Below, in pieces: positions 1-17,539 of a stretch of 64,000 nt of DNA. A model generated the notes under the pieces. It did not search any database. It saw only the letters and a program-made list of their open reading frames with translations, and was not told the DNA's origin. The position numbers and the translations under genes were made by a program. Source of the DNA: the human T2T-CHM13v2.0 reference genome, Homo sapiens; NCBI RefSeq assembly GCF_009914755.1, contig NC_060925.1; one strand, given 5' to 3'. Position 1 is the first letter of the stretch. Each line of letters starts with the position of its first letter.

Positions 1-57
1 AAAAAAAGAATTTAGAAGAAAATCAAGACAAGTCAGGGAAAAGAGGCCTGTGTAATT

Positions 58-372
58 TTATATATACATATTCATATTTATATATACAATTTACATATAT
101 ATATAAAATTGTATAGGTCTCATATATATATGTATAGGTCTCATATATATAAAAGATATATATATCATATAGAGAAGAAATAAGATATATAATTATATAA
201 AAGATATATATCTTATATTTTACAATATATAGTTATATATTATATATAACATCTATTACTATATATAAGCTATATAGTAACATTATATCTATTATATATT
301 ATACATAATATCTAAGATACGTTATATGTATTATGATATATATAATATAGATTATGTTATCTATCTATATTT
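58..372. repeat. (TA)n-rich low-complexity tract
   Basis: Degenerate tatata repeats seen directly. Confidence 0.9.
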
Positions 373-884
373 TTTCAATATCCTTAAAGAGAAGAGAAAG
401 TTTTACTGATGAAACAAAACAGGATGATTTAGAAAGAAGTAGGTCATTCAGAGGACCAAAAATTAACAATTTCTTAGAAATGCATAAAAACTCGACAAAT
501 ATTTGGAAGATAATTTGAAGAAAACAGAGAATAGAAGAAAAAAAACAAAGAGATAGAAAACAGGAAATTATGAAATTAGGGAATCAGCCCAGGAATACTA
601 AAGAATTTCTAAAAGAAACAATGGCAAAAATAGAAATTATTAAATATTTCAAGAAAATTTCCCAGAACTGAAGGACTTTAACTTCTGGATTATAAGGTGC
701 ACCAAGCAACCAGCACAATGACAGAACACAGGCTCACATCAAAGCACATCATTGTAAAATTTCATACTATGAAGGACAGAGAGAAGCCCCTGAAACGTTT
801 TCAGGGAAGTCAGATACAAAGGATCAAGAACCAAAAAGGCATCAGACTTGCTTAGTTTTCATTTCTTCACTTACTATTTTCCAG

Positions 885-940
885 AGAAAACTGCGTAATC
901 CAAGAGAAAAGCATTGGGAGCTGCTGTCAGTGGATTCGTA
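885..940 (+). other. Exon-like 56-nt segment with canonical splice sites, inside HAL1
   Basis: ttttcatttcttcacttactattttccAG|agaaaactg...attcgta|GTGAGT; two of three frames open. Confidence 0.45.
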
Positions 941-2229
941 GTGAGTAAAGAAAATGGGGCAATGCCTTTAAAACTCTGAAGAAAAATCATTTCCAATCTA
1001 GGATTCTATACATAGACAAACTGTCAATCAAAAGTCAGAACAGAATAAATATACTTCCAGCTTGCAAGTTTTCAAAAACATTTATCACCCATACATCTTT
1101 CTCAGGAGGCTACTTCAGGATATGGTTTGACAAAGACAGGGAGTAAATAAAGACAAGATGACATGGGATCCAGGAAACAGGGAATCTAACATAGGAGAGG
1201 GGAAGGGGGGAAAGAGAATTCTAAGATGATGAAGAAGGGAACTGAGGAAGATAGCTGCTCAGCAGGCATGCAGTGCAGGTAGCACAGACTGGAGAGGAAG
1301 CACAGAGAGTATCTAGAAAGCTCCCAAGAAGATGAACTTCTTGGAATATCTGATGTGTTTAAATATATTGAGAAGAAATGTACATATATGGAAGAATGTC
1401 TAGGTAGGAATTAGTGGTAGGTGAACAGAAAACTGCACAAACGAAGAAATAAGACAATTATTAACTCCAAGGAATATTAAATGTTGTACAAGAAAGAAAA
1501 TGCAATCATCCTTTACACTACATGGACATGCTGTGAATACAGTCATAATTATGTAAACACTGAATACAGATCTAACTAAAATGATGATATAAGCCTACTG
1601 GGAGGTTTGGAAAAAAAAATTGTGGAGGTGGGTGAGGGAGGTGTTAAAGAGAGCTAATTCTTCATCTTTCATAGTGAGAATTTAATAATTCCTAAAATGA
1701 AAAATCAAGAGGTCGGCAGTAGAAACATGTTATTTAACAATTTGGAGGTAAATGCCCAAAGAGCAATCAAAAGTGGTTGCCTCTGGGAAGTGGGAAAGAA
1801 GGATGGAGAAGGGGAAGGCCGGGAATCTGCTATTTTTCATAATAAGGCTTATAACTACTTGACTTCTTAGAACCCATATAACATTTAAATTTAAAAAGAT
1901 TTCCCTGGGTGGAGAGAAGGAAGAAATCATCTTCAAGTATTTACAAATACTCAACATGTGACACAGTGGGGAATACACTCAGAGTTGCCCTAGGGCGTTG
2001 GAGTGTGGAAGAGTTAGGAGACCTGGGAGAGGCCAGCAGAATCCAGATCATGAAGGGCTTTGCATGCCCTCAACCCAGATGGATCACTTCCCAGGGCCTT
2101 GTGAGAAATCTCAAACCGAACCATGGAAAACGGAAGATCGGCTGGGCTATTAAAATGGAAAAATGTTGGTCTGGTTTCTGGAAGGAAGAAAGAACAATGG
2201 CTCATTGTTCAGGTAAAATTCTAGAATGG

Positions 2230-2700
2230 ACTTTAAAATGAACAATTTTGACAAAAGGAATAATCATAAAAAATCAACATGGGTTCATGAAGAAGTTACA
2301 CCAGAATCCCTCTTTCTTATCCAGTGTGATTATGAGATTGAAAGATACAAGAAAGCTGAGCACACAGGATCTCTTTATTTCAGTTAAATACTTGTCTTCT
2401 TGCTGCTGCTATGAATAAGACGAAGATGTGGACCAGGCGACAATATGGTGGGGTGACTATGTAACTGATTGATTAGCCATAAGCTGTGGTTTATGTCCTT
2501 TGCTCAGGGGTTCTGCCCTAACTGATTTCTGTCCCAAATCAGTATTTTAAACCATGAATTGGATGATGACATTTTTATCAAGTTTCCATGTCAGAACCCC
2601 AAAAAGGCTAATATTTGGAAAAGGCAGCCTTCTAAATGATCTCGACGTGTATGAAATAATGGATTGACTCTAACAACCTAAGCTTACTAGTAACAAATAT
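2230..2700 (+). mobile_element. CR1/L3 LINE remnant (RT region)
   Basis: aatcaacatgggttcatgaagaag (QHGF-like motif of CR1 RT) followed by degenerate CR1-like sequence. Confidence 0.55.
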
Positions 2701-3049
2701 GAATTCCTTTGCATGGGGTATGTCGCCCTGTCATCACCAGGCCAGCTTTACCTGTGGCTACAAGTTCCTTAGACTCTGGACAAAGGTAACTACCTGCAGT
2801 ACTGAGACGAGCCTTGCTTCTTCTAAGTGTCCCCCCACTTTTCTCCTCCACCCCACAATATACTTAATCAACACAAACTCCACTGGCAGATTCAGCACAA
2901 GCTATGAATTTTTGTCTTACTGCACCCTCTCTTTCTCTACCCCAATACCAATAGGATTTGACATTTTTTCCTTTGGGTTCCCACTGTACCCAAGTGATGT
3001 CTCCAAACTAGCTATAGCACTCCAAGGCCATTTCCCCCTTTAATTAGTG

Positions 3050-3260
3050 AGGAAGTATAATGGGGTAGTTAAATAGCTGCTGGAACCAGACTCACTGGGT
3101 TCAAATCCTGGCTCTACCATTTATTGACTGTGAGATGGTGGGAAAGTCCCTTAAATGCTCTGTGCCTCAGTCTCCCCATCTAGAGAGAAGAGGTGATAAT
3201 ACTTCCTACCTCACTGGGAGGAAAAGAGGATTAAATAAGTTGATGTTAATAACTAGCACA
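3050..3260 (+). mobile_element. MIR SINE
   Basis: ctgggttcaaatcctggctctacca...ctctgtgcctcagtctccccatct core. Confidence 0.85.
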
Positions 3261-3713
3261 AGGAAAGTATAAACAGTTATACGTATATACCTGTCTCTCT
3301 TAATAGTCACTGACCACCTTATGAATTGTATCTCCATATCACAGCAATTAACATTTTGGAACATAGCAAATCCAAGAGCACTGACTTACAACCCTTCAGT
3401 AGCTCTCTACCACCCCTAAGACAAAGACCAACTTCCACAGCCTGCCTAGATTTCCTTGAGACCTGGCAGGAGCTGGCCTCTCAAGCCTACACTCTCCCCC
3501 AACACTCTTCAGATGCTACACTGAAGCCCTGAAAAATATCCCAGCCACTAACCTTCTCCAGACCTTTGTTCTGAGGCCTTCTCCACCCTCTGAATGTTGA
3601 TGTTCTAGCCAGAGCCAATTTCACGGCTAGACAGCTGGCACAGAGCAGCAGAACCCAGAAAAATAGTGACGGCTCATGGTTCACCAGTGGCTTACTCTTT
3701 GTGAGGATGTCAC

Positions 3714-3985
3714 CATGGACCAGAACATGTGTCACCTCCACACCACCCTCAGGCTGCCTGTGTGAGCATCTCAGCATGCACCAGAACATGTATCACTCAC
3801 ATACTGCCAACAGGCTCTCTGTGTGAGCGCCTCAACATGGACCAGGGTGTCACCTCCGCACCACCATCAGGTTCTCTCTGTGTCTTTCCATGAACCAGGA
3901 CATGTGTCACCCCCACACTGCCATCAGGCTGAGTGCCTCACCATGGACCAGAGTGTGTGTCACTCCTCCACCACCATCAGGCTCT
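3714..3985. repeat. Degenerate minisatellite, ~5 units of 53-61 bp
   Basis: Units start catg(g/c/a)accag at 3714, 3775, 3836, 3889, 3942, each with gtcac...ccatcagg-like core. Confidence 0.85.
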
Positions 3986-4678
3986 CCCATCATTTGAGTG
4001 GCTTCTTGCAGAGCCTATTAGCACCTGAAGGGAGCCCTCATCTCTCTGAGCCCTTGGTCTCTCAGGACAGCTTTTTCCTCATGTGCACTGCCCTCTTCAA
4101 TGCAGATATTCTCGGGGAGTCCAGTTAATTTTTTACTCTTGTAAAATTAACTCAGTATTAGCCAGATCTGGGAATATTAGCTGAGAACATCTTGGTTTCT
4201 TCATGACCTTTACATATAACTAATGTTTTGTGGTCAGGGCCTCTGTCATCTCCACATTTGACTTTCTCAGATTCCTAATCTGAGTCATGAACTTGGAAGG
4301 TACTTTCAAACCTCACTGTTGATTTTGACAACCTGAAAGCCCACAACTGGGGGTGAAGGGGAAAACACCCACTGGACTGAGAAGAAACGTGCTTATGTTG
4401 CCCTCTCTGAAAACCTTTAATCACTATTAAAAAAAAAAAAAAAAAAAAGCAAAAACAGTGTCCTGTGTAAGTTCAGCTCTCTGGGGCATGTGGACCTCCA
4501 CAAGCTAGGGGCCATTTCCTGATGCAGAGCCTCCGGTTGCCTGTGACTGGAACCGCAGTGCCATCCAATGGCAATCTTGTGTAATGCAGTAGCTCCTCCA
4601 TCTTTCTGCACCTGTAGTTTTCCTAGTGCTCCTGAACAGGAAGCCTCACAAGTCCTGTGGTATAAAAACCTGTTTTCT

Positions 4679-4924
4679 GTTCCTGTGTTGGTTTGCTTAG
4701 GATAACGGCCTCCAGCTCCTTCTGTGTTGCTACAAAGGACATGATCTTGTGTCCTTGAGGGTGGAAGGTGGGAGGAGGCAAAGGATCAAAAACTATCGGG
4801 TACTATGCTTATTACCTGGGTGACAAAATAACCTGTAAACCAGCACCCCCTGCCGCCGTGATATGCAATTTGCCCATATAACAAACCTGCACACGTACCT
4901 CTGAACTTAAAAGTTAAAAAAAGG
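4679..4924 (+). mobile_element. Short 5'-inverted (twin-primed) L1PB/old L1PA 3' end
   Basis: 4679-~4750 antisense L1 3'UTR, ~4754-4922 sense 3' end with A tail; TSD aaacctgttttct at 4666-4678 and 4925-4937. Confidence 0.85.
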
Positions 4925-5252
4925 AAACCTGTTTTCTCAATGTCATTTGAGTATGCAGCCTTTTTCTTTCTTTTTGTTTAATGTCTATGAACCTTTTGAA
5001 GGCTTAATGCTTTATAGAGTTTGAGCAGCAGTTCGCAAAGTGTGGTCCAGGGAGTCCCAAGAACCTTTTAGGGATTTTGCAAAGTCAGAATTATTTTTAT
5101 AGTAATACTAAGACATATTCCGCCTTTGGCTTCTTATTCCCTTATAAGGGTACACTGGAGTCTTCCCAGGGCTATGTGACCTACACTGTCCTCAGAGGCA
5201 GATATGAGACTCAAACAGAGGCAGATATGAGAATGGAGCTGCCTTCTATTAA

Positions 5253-5676
<424 letters not shown>

Positions 5677-5748
5677 AAGAATTGTTATTTTTAATGAACA
5701 TTTTTAAAATTTCTAATTTTGAATATGGTTAAGTATTGAGAGACGTTA

Positions 5749-5765
5749 CCCCCCCCCCCCCCCCC
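5749..5765. repeat. Poly-C17 homopolymer
   Basis: 17 consecutive C. Confidence 0.95.
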
Positions 5766-6747
5766 ACATAGACTAAAGCTCTTTGGAGTCCTGGATATTC
5801 ATTTTAAGAGTGTAAAAGGGTATTGAGACTAAAAAACTTAATAACCGAAAACTTAAAAACTTAAGTTTCAGAGGCTTAGTTGGACTGTCCAACTATGTAC
5901 TCTCATCATTTCTGTATCGAATGGGACACATGGGTGGCACAGAACCTCACTGGCATAGTAAACAAGGGGATGTGGATATATTTTTTCTAGGGAGAAGGCT
6001 TAGCTTTCCTCTAGTTTTCAAAGCTCTGTATGACACTGTCCAACCCCATAAAGGTTAGGAGCCACTTAAAAGCGAGCATGACAGCCAAGGGGCTAGAAGG
6101 CTTGACACTCATCCCCTCTGACACCGACTACTCTGTGACAGATACGAGTCACCTAATCTTTGCTTTATGAGAGGAAAGGGGTAGAGGATCTGTCTGGTGT
6201 TTCTCTACTGTCAAAATATAGAAAAATCAGATAAATGTCCATTTTAATTACTTTATAGTTAAAGGAACAATCTTTTAAGTTGTGTTTTATACGATGCCTT
6301 GTCCATAAAAGAACTGAAGGTAGTTTGATTCTTCCCTAGCTAGTGTGAAAAATGTGATCTACAGCCTGGGGTAACCAAAGGAGAGTAAATTGAAAAGGAC
6401 TTATTGCTTTTCCAGATGTTTGTCTATTTTAGTGATCTTTCAAAGATCATGTTGTTGGACTTATTTATCAGGCCTACTGCCTTTCATTTTTCTGTTTTAT
6501 AGTCTCTTGATTTTTGTTTTCCTGGATAAATATATTTCATTACTTCTTGTTTTATAATTACTTAACACCATGAATTTTCCCTTTAAGGTACAGATTTAGC
6601 TATATTCTTTGTTTTTATATATAATGTTCTATTTTTTAAAAATTCTAATTATTGAAGTTTTAGTTTTTTCTATTGTCCAAAAATTAAAAGCTTTTAAAAG
6701 TTTCTTATGATTCTTTTAAAAAATACTCGATTTCTAGTTGCATTACA

Positions 6748-7518
6748 TTTTTATAACTGCTGTATTGATATAATTCACATACCCTAAAATTTACCTTTTT
6801 AAAGTGTATAATTGTTTTTTGTATGTCAGTTATGTAATAATCACTACCATCTAATTTTAGGACATTTTTATCACTCCAAAAAGAAAACCTATATCCATTA
6901 GCCATCACTCCCTAATCTCCTTAGACCCCCACCCCACTCCCATCTTAGAAACCTCTCATGTATTTTCTATCTCTATAGATTTTCCTGTTAGGGACATTTC
7001 ATATATATGGAATTATATAATATGTTGCCTTTACTGTCTGGCTTCTTTTACTTAGCAAAATGTTCTCAAGTCTTTTCTATGTTGTAGCAAGAATAAATAC
7101 TTCATTCTTTTTTATGGCTGGAATAGTACTGCATTGCATGAATTTACTGCATTTATCTCTGTTCATTAGCTGATGGGCATTTGGATTGTTTCCTTTTTGG
7201 GTTATTATGAATAATGCTACTATTAACTATTGTGCACAAATTTTTGCATGAATAAAAACACACAAAAACTATTCCTCTTTGCTGTATACCTTTACCAGTT
7301 GAATTGCTGTATTATATGGTATATTAAAACTCTATGTTTAACATTTTGAGGAACTGTCAAACTGTGTTCCAAAGTGGCTGTATCATTCTATAGTCCAACC
7401 ATTTCTCCACATTCTGCCCAATAATTGATATTTTTCTTATTTTAGTCATCCTAGTGGGTATGAAGGAGTAGCTCATTGTGGTTATGATTAGCATTTTCTT
7501 AATGACTTATGATGCTGA
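6748..7518 (-). mobile_element. L1MB-like 3' end
   Basis: tataattcacataccctaaaatttacctttttaaagtgtata...tcactccaaaaagaaaacc, typical antisense L1MB 3'UTR. Confidence 0.8.
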
Positions 7519-8715
7519 GTCCACTGCATTTTGGTCAGAGATTGTGGCCAAATCTTAGAATTTATTGTGATTTTTTCTTTGTAGCTTAATATGTGATCAA
7601 TTAAATATTCTCTTAATTGCAGAAGACAAAATCTTTGTTCTTCAGTAAAATGTGATGGTTTTCTATAAAGATCTCTGATATGTAGGGTATACATTGCAAT
7701 ATACATATTATTCAATTATATCCTTATTATTTGCCTGTTAAAAATGCAAAATGTCGAAATATTACTATATTTCTGCTTCTTCTTGTATTTCTATCATTTT
7801 ACCCTTAAACAAATTGAGGCAATGTTATTTGGTACATAAAGGTTTATGACAGTTTCGGCTTCATTGAGAACTACATCCTTGTTAATATAGTGGTTCTCTG
7901 TGTAAAAATGTATAAAATTTTTTTTATCTGATATTGATATTGTTCACTGTTTCCTTATTAGTTGCATTTGCATAAAATGCTTTTGGCATGTTCATAATTT
8001 TATTGCCACTTTGCTTTAAATAAGTATCAGATAAATAAGATATAGACAATTTAAAGTTTTTATTTTAATATTATACTTATACAAATGTGTTTTATTGTCT
8101 ACTAGTAAAAACAAATAAATGAAAACAAATTTTCTGTCTTATAGTGTGATGTCCCTTTTTTCCCAATAAGCTGTTAATAAATTAATGGTAATATCACAAC
8201 CTCAATGTCATCTTATAAATGAAAAACTATATCCTAGGAATAAAGGATATAGGTTGTGGGTTTTTCAAAAACTCAATCTGAATGTCTTTATATTTTAATG
8301 AAAAACTTCATCTATTAATAATTTGCATTTATTTTGATAAATTTCATATTTGGTTTTAGTTCTTTTGTAGCATTCCATACTTTAAAATTTTCTTTTCTGT
8401 TGATAAATTATATTTTCTCTGCATTTATTATTTATAGTTTTCAAAGGGTATAAGTAGTTCCTAATTATGCCATTGGCTTCCCATAAGCTTTTCAAAAGCA
8501 TTGTGTTAACTTATATTTCTTTAAAATTAGATTAAGAAGTTCAACAATATTTTTAAAACTACCATATTTGATGCCATTTTTTCCACCCTACCCCTCGATC
8601 ACCAACTTCTACGTTTTTTATTACATTTCAAGTTTTTCTATCCATGTTTTTATTATGCAATTATTTTATATGCTTTATATTATCTTTTGATAAGAATTAT
8701 TTGAAGTTTTCACTA

Positions 8716-9000
8716 ATTTTTCTATGAGACAGGGTCTTGCTCTGTTGCCCAGGCTGGAGTGCAGTGGCACGATCTCAGCTCACTGCAACTCAGCCGCTCA
8801 GGTTCAAGCAATTCTCCTGCCTCAAGCTTCCCAAGTAGCTGGGATTTTAGTCCCGTGCCACCAGGACCAGCTAATTTTTGTATTTTTTAGTAGAGACAGG
8901 GTTTCACCATGTTGGCCAGGCTGGCCTCAAACTCCTGACCTCAAATGATCCACCCACCTTCCTCCCAAAGTGCTCAGATTACAGGCCACTGTGCCCGGCC
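8716..9000 (-). mobile_element. AluS
   Basis: gagacagggtcttgctctgttgcccaggctggagtgcagtgg...gtgcccggcc. Confidence 0.9.
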
Positions 9001-10274
9001 TGAAATTTTCATTAAATTTTATGTTCATATAAACAGCAAATATTTAGACATCTCTATTTTAACTGGTTTAAGTAGTCATTGCTGCTTTTCTTTTTATATC
9101 CTGATCTCCCTAACCTCGAGCTTTCAGTTTTGCTCCATTATTCATTGGGAAAAAATATTCATGTAGCTTATAAAAAGTAATATACATGAGTAGGACATTT
9201 TCTGAGTACCTAAACATCTTAGAATATCTTCAAATTGCTGACACATAAGGAAAGAAAGCTTAGCTTTGTACAAAATTCTTAGGTTACAAAATTTTCTAGG
9301 TTGTATTCCATTGTTTTCCAGAATTTCCTGTTTCTAGAATCTAAAATCAACCTGTTTTATCAGGCAAAGAAAAATAATATACAAATACTACCAGCAATGA
9401 ACACAATACTTTAATATTAATAATTTCAGATTTTTTTATTCCTATGATATAGTTTTCCATTTATAAGATGAAGTTGAGATTGTGACATTACCATTAATTT
9501 ATTAACAGCTTATTGGGAAGAAAGGGACATCACACTAAAGGACATAAAAGTGGTTTTGTGTTTACTAGTAGACAATAAAACACATTTGTCTGTATAAGTA
9601 TATTCTAATATTAAAATAAAAGCTTTAAGTTGTCTTTTCATCTGAAGTTTAAAAAAAATTATGAAACATTTTAGTCATTAGCAATCATACATAAGAATAA
9701 TATACTTTTATAACTTATGTTTATAACATTGATCTTTTTAGCAACATTAGAATTAATACTATAATTTCAAAGTAGACCATGTAATGCCAGGATTTTGTCT
9801 ACATTTCCCATTTGGAAATTTTTATTATTTCCTTAATCATATTATTGGACAGAGCCTGAGTGACAGCACTTCTTCCAGACACATGAATTGGTCAGAGCTT
9901 TTCTAGTTTTGAAAATTCTATTTGGTACAAGAAATCTGATGGTACCTACCATTTTTTATCACATTGCTTAGCATATAACATGCAATCTTCTATTTGCAGG
10001 AAACCTTTTTATTTTAATGTTGTCATCATACAGACATCTTTTTGGGACGTTTTATGCAATGAAGAGGCATTTCAAAATAAGTTAAAGTTCAATGGTTAGT
10101 GTTATACCAAGACAAGTAACTTAACTAAAAAGACAACTCAGTGTAAAACTATAGTCTTCAATGAGGTTCATACATGTAAAAGTAATGACAATCACATTAT
10201 AATTTACTATTCTACCAGACAAATGTAGGTGGCCTTCAATATCAATTGTAGCATGCATTTAATTTGGAAATATA

Positions 10275-14540
<4,266 letters not shown>

Positions 14541-14559
14541 GAATGTATTGAGGTCTATG

Positions 14560-17520
14560 AAATTCATTATAAACAACCCGAATTGGATATTGATATTTAC
14601 AGTTTGAGCTATTTTTTAATATTGCAATTGGGATTTTGTACCTACCTTTTTATACTTGTTTAAACATTTCCTTTAAGTAAAAATCCTAAAAGATTGTTGA
14701 GCAAAGAGTTAAACACTTAAAACTTATGATACACATTGCCTAAATTGCTATCGAAAAAATTTATCTGAATTTATGGTTTTGACCAGAAATGAGTTCATAT
14801 TCTCCTATGTCCATGCCAAAATTGGTTTTACCATTTTATATTGTAGATATAATAGTGATATGATTTGGCTGTGTCCCCACCCAAATCTCATCTTAATTCT
14901 AGTTCCCATAATCCCCATTTGTCCTGGGAAGGACCTGATGGGAGGTAATTGAATCATGGGGGTGTTTACCTCCATGCTGTTTTTGTGATGCTAAGTTCTC
15001 ACAAGATCTGACGGTTTTATAAGGGACTGGTTCCCCTTTTGCTTGGCACTTCTCCTTCCTGCCATCATGTGAAGAGGGATGTGTTTGCTTCCCCTTCTGC
15101 CATGGTTATAAGTTTCTTGAGGCCTCCCTGCCATGTGTAACTGTGAGTCAATTAAACCTCTTTTCTTTATAAATTACCCAGTCTTGGGCAGTTCTTTATA
15201 GCTGCATGAGAACAGACTAATACAGTAAATTGGTATCAGGAAGTAGTGGGATGCTGCTATAAGGATACCCAAAAACGTGGAAGCAACTTTGAAACTGGGT
15301 AATAGGCAGAGATTGAAACAGTTTAGAGGGCTCAGAAGAAGACAGGAAAAAATATGGGACAGTTTGGAACTTCCTAGAGCCTTGGAGGGCTCAGAAGACA
15401 GGAAGGCATGGGAAAGTTTGGAAATTCCTAGAGATTTGTTGAATGGCTTTGACCAAAATGCTAATAATGATATGAACAATGAAGTCCAGGCTAAGGTGGT
15501 CTCAGAGATGAGGAACTTGTTGGAAACTGGAATAAAGGTGATTCTTGCTATGCTTTAGCAAAGAGACTGGTGGCATATTGCTCCCACCCTAGAGATCTGT
15601 GGAACTTTGAACTTGAGAGAGATGATTTAGGGTATCTGGTGGAAGAAATGTCTAAATGGCAAAGCATTCAAGAGGTGGCTTGGGTCCACTTAAAAGCATT
15701 CAGTTTTATGCATTCACAAAGGTATGGTTTGGAATTGGAACTTATGTTTAAAAGGGAAGCAGAACATAAAAGTTTAGAAAATTTGCAGACTGATGGTGCA
15801 GTAGGAAAAAAAAAAACATTTTCTGGGGAGAAATTCAAGCCTGCTACAGAAATCTTCATAAGTAATGAAGAGCCAAATGTTAATCACCAAGACAATGGGG
15901 AGAATATCTCTAGAACATGCCAGAAACCCTCATAGCAGCCACTTCCATCACAGTCCTAGAGGCCTAGGAGGGAAAAATGGTTTCCTGGGCTGGGCCAAAT
16001 AGTTTCCCCCCTGCTCTATGCAGCCTTTGGATATGGTGCCCTGAGTCTCAGCTGCTTCAGCTCTAACCATGGTTAAAAGGTGCCAATGTACAGTTCATGC
16101 CATTGCTTCAGCAGGTGCAAGCCCCAAGTTTTGGTGGCTTACACGTGGTGTTGGGCCTCCAGGTGCACAGAAGTCAACAACTGGGGTCTGGGGACCTCAG
16201 CCTAGATTTCAGAAGATGTATGGAAATGCCTGGATGTCCAGGCAGAAGTTTGCTGTAGGGGCAGAACCCTCAAGAGAACCTCTGCTGGCACAGTGTGGAA
16301 GGAAAATGTGGGGCTGGAGTCCCCAGAGTCCTAACTGGGGCACTGCCTAGTGGAGCTGTGAAAAGAGTGCCAGCATCCTCCAGACCCCAGAATGGTAGAT
16401 CCACTGACAACTTGTATCATGTGCCTGGAAAAGCTGCAGATGCTCAATGCCAGCCCATGAAAGCAGCCACGAGTGGAGCCATACCTGCCAAAGCCAAAGG
16501 GGCAGAGCTTCCCCAGGCTGTGGGAGCCCACCTATTGCATCAGCATGACCTGGATGTGAGACATGGAGTCAAAGGAGATCATTTTGGAACTTTAAGGTTT
16601 AATGACTGCACTATTGGATTTTGGAATTGCATAGGGCCTATACCCCTTTGTTTTGGCCAATTTCTCCCGTTTGGAATAGGTATATTTACCCAATGCCCAT
16701 ACCTTCATTTTATCTAGGAAGTAACTGACTTGCTTTTGATTTTACAGGCCTATAGGCAAAAGGGACTTGCCTTGTCTCAGATGAGACCTTGGACTCGGGG
16801 TTAATGCTGGAATTAAGATTTTTGGGGACTGTTAGAAAGGCATAATTGTGTTTTGAGTTGTGAGAACATGAGATTTGGGAGGGCCCAGGGCAAATGATAT
16901 GGTTTGGCTCTGTCCCTACTTAAATATCATCTTGGAGTTCCCATAATCACCATGTTTCATGGAAGGGACCCTGTGAGAGGTAATTGAATCATAGGGACAG
17001 TTATTCACATGCTGCTATTCTCGTGATAGTGAGTTCTCACAAGATCTGATGGTTTTATAAGGGACTTTTCCCCCTTTTATGTGGCACTTCTCCTTCCTGC
17101 CATCAAGTGAAAAAGGATGTGTTTGCTTCCCCTTCCACCATGATTGTAGGTTTCCTGAGGCCCCCCAAGCTATGTGGAACTGACTCACTTAAACCTCTTT
17201 CATGTATAAATTACCCACTCTCAAGCAGTTCTTTATAGCAGCATGAGAAAAGAATACAGATGAAAATGAAATGTTTTAATTTGCACTTCTCAATGTCTAT
17301 TAAGTTTGAATATTTTCTCTATGTTCTCTGCCTACTTTCTACTGATTTGAAATATTTCTTTATAAGAAAATACTAATAGTTTATGTCATATGTTATAAAA
17401 TATATATTCCCAATGTCCTGTTTGTATTCTGATATTGTTCATGTTGCTTTCATCACATGCAAGTTTTCAATCTTAATATAATTAAGTCTATCAGTCCTTC
17501 CCTTTATTTATTTCCTTTGC
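14560..17520 (-). mobile_element. Old L1ME 3' fragment split by the THE1
   Basis: acattgcctaaattgct...ttttaatttgcacttctc antisense L1ME-like motifs on both sides of THE1. Confidence 0.45.
14856..17258 (+). mobile_element. Full-length THE1 (C/D-like) MaLR LTR element: LTR 14856-15224, internal 15225-16894, LTR 16895-17258
   Basis: Two LTRs tgatat(g/a)..ttggct...aataca around THE1 internal sequence. Confidence 0.93.
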
Positions 17521-17539
17521 TATGATTCAGCCTGATTTT

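Larger units (their letters stand above)
1..1897 (+). mobile_element. HAL1-like (ORF1-only L1 derivative) ancient element, interrupted by a (TA)n tract and a ~97-bp foreign insert
   Basis: ORF1-type motifs gaaaatttcccagaactgaagga and ggcatcagact...caatgcctttaaaactctgaag; 3' end ttttcataataaggcttataactacttgacttctt plus A-rich tail resembles HAL1. Confidence 0.7.
6400..9358 (-). mobile_element. Ancient L1ME/HAL1-type element, fragmented; resumes at ~18539
   Basis: T-rich antisense L1-like sequence (gcattttggtcagag; gtacaaaattcttaggtt...tattccattgttttccag). Confidence 0.55.

Noticed and set aside
3714-3985. Repeat array as a CRISPR-like structure, and ORF 3823-4128
   Set aside because: Eukaryotic DNA; units are wholly homologous with no unique spacers; the ORF is a by-product of the repeat
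4427-4455. ATTAAA plus A20 run as a processed-pseudogene tail
   Set aside because: No TSD or recognisable mRNA-like body upstream
15327-15434. THE1 internal duplication as a locus-specific event
   Set aside because: The same duplication is present in the second THE1, so it is a subfamily trait
15277-16717. 90-140 aa ORFs in THE1 internal regions (also 32387-33722)
   Set aside because: Remnants of the MaLR internal ORF, fragmented; no sign of domestication
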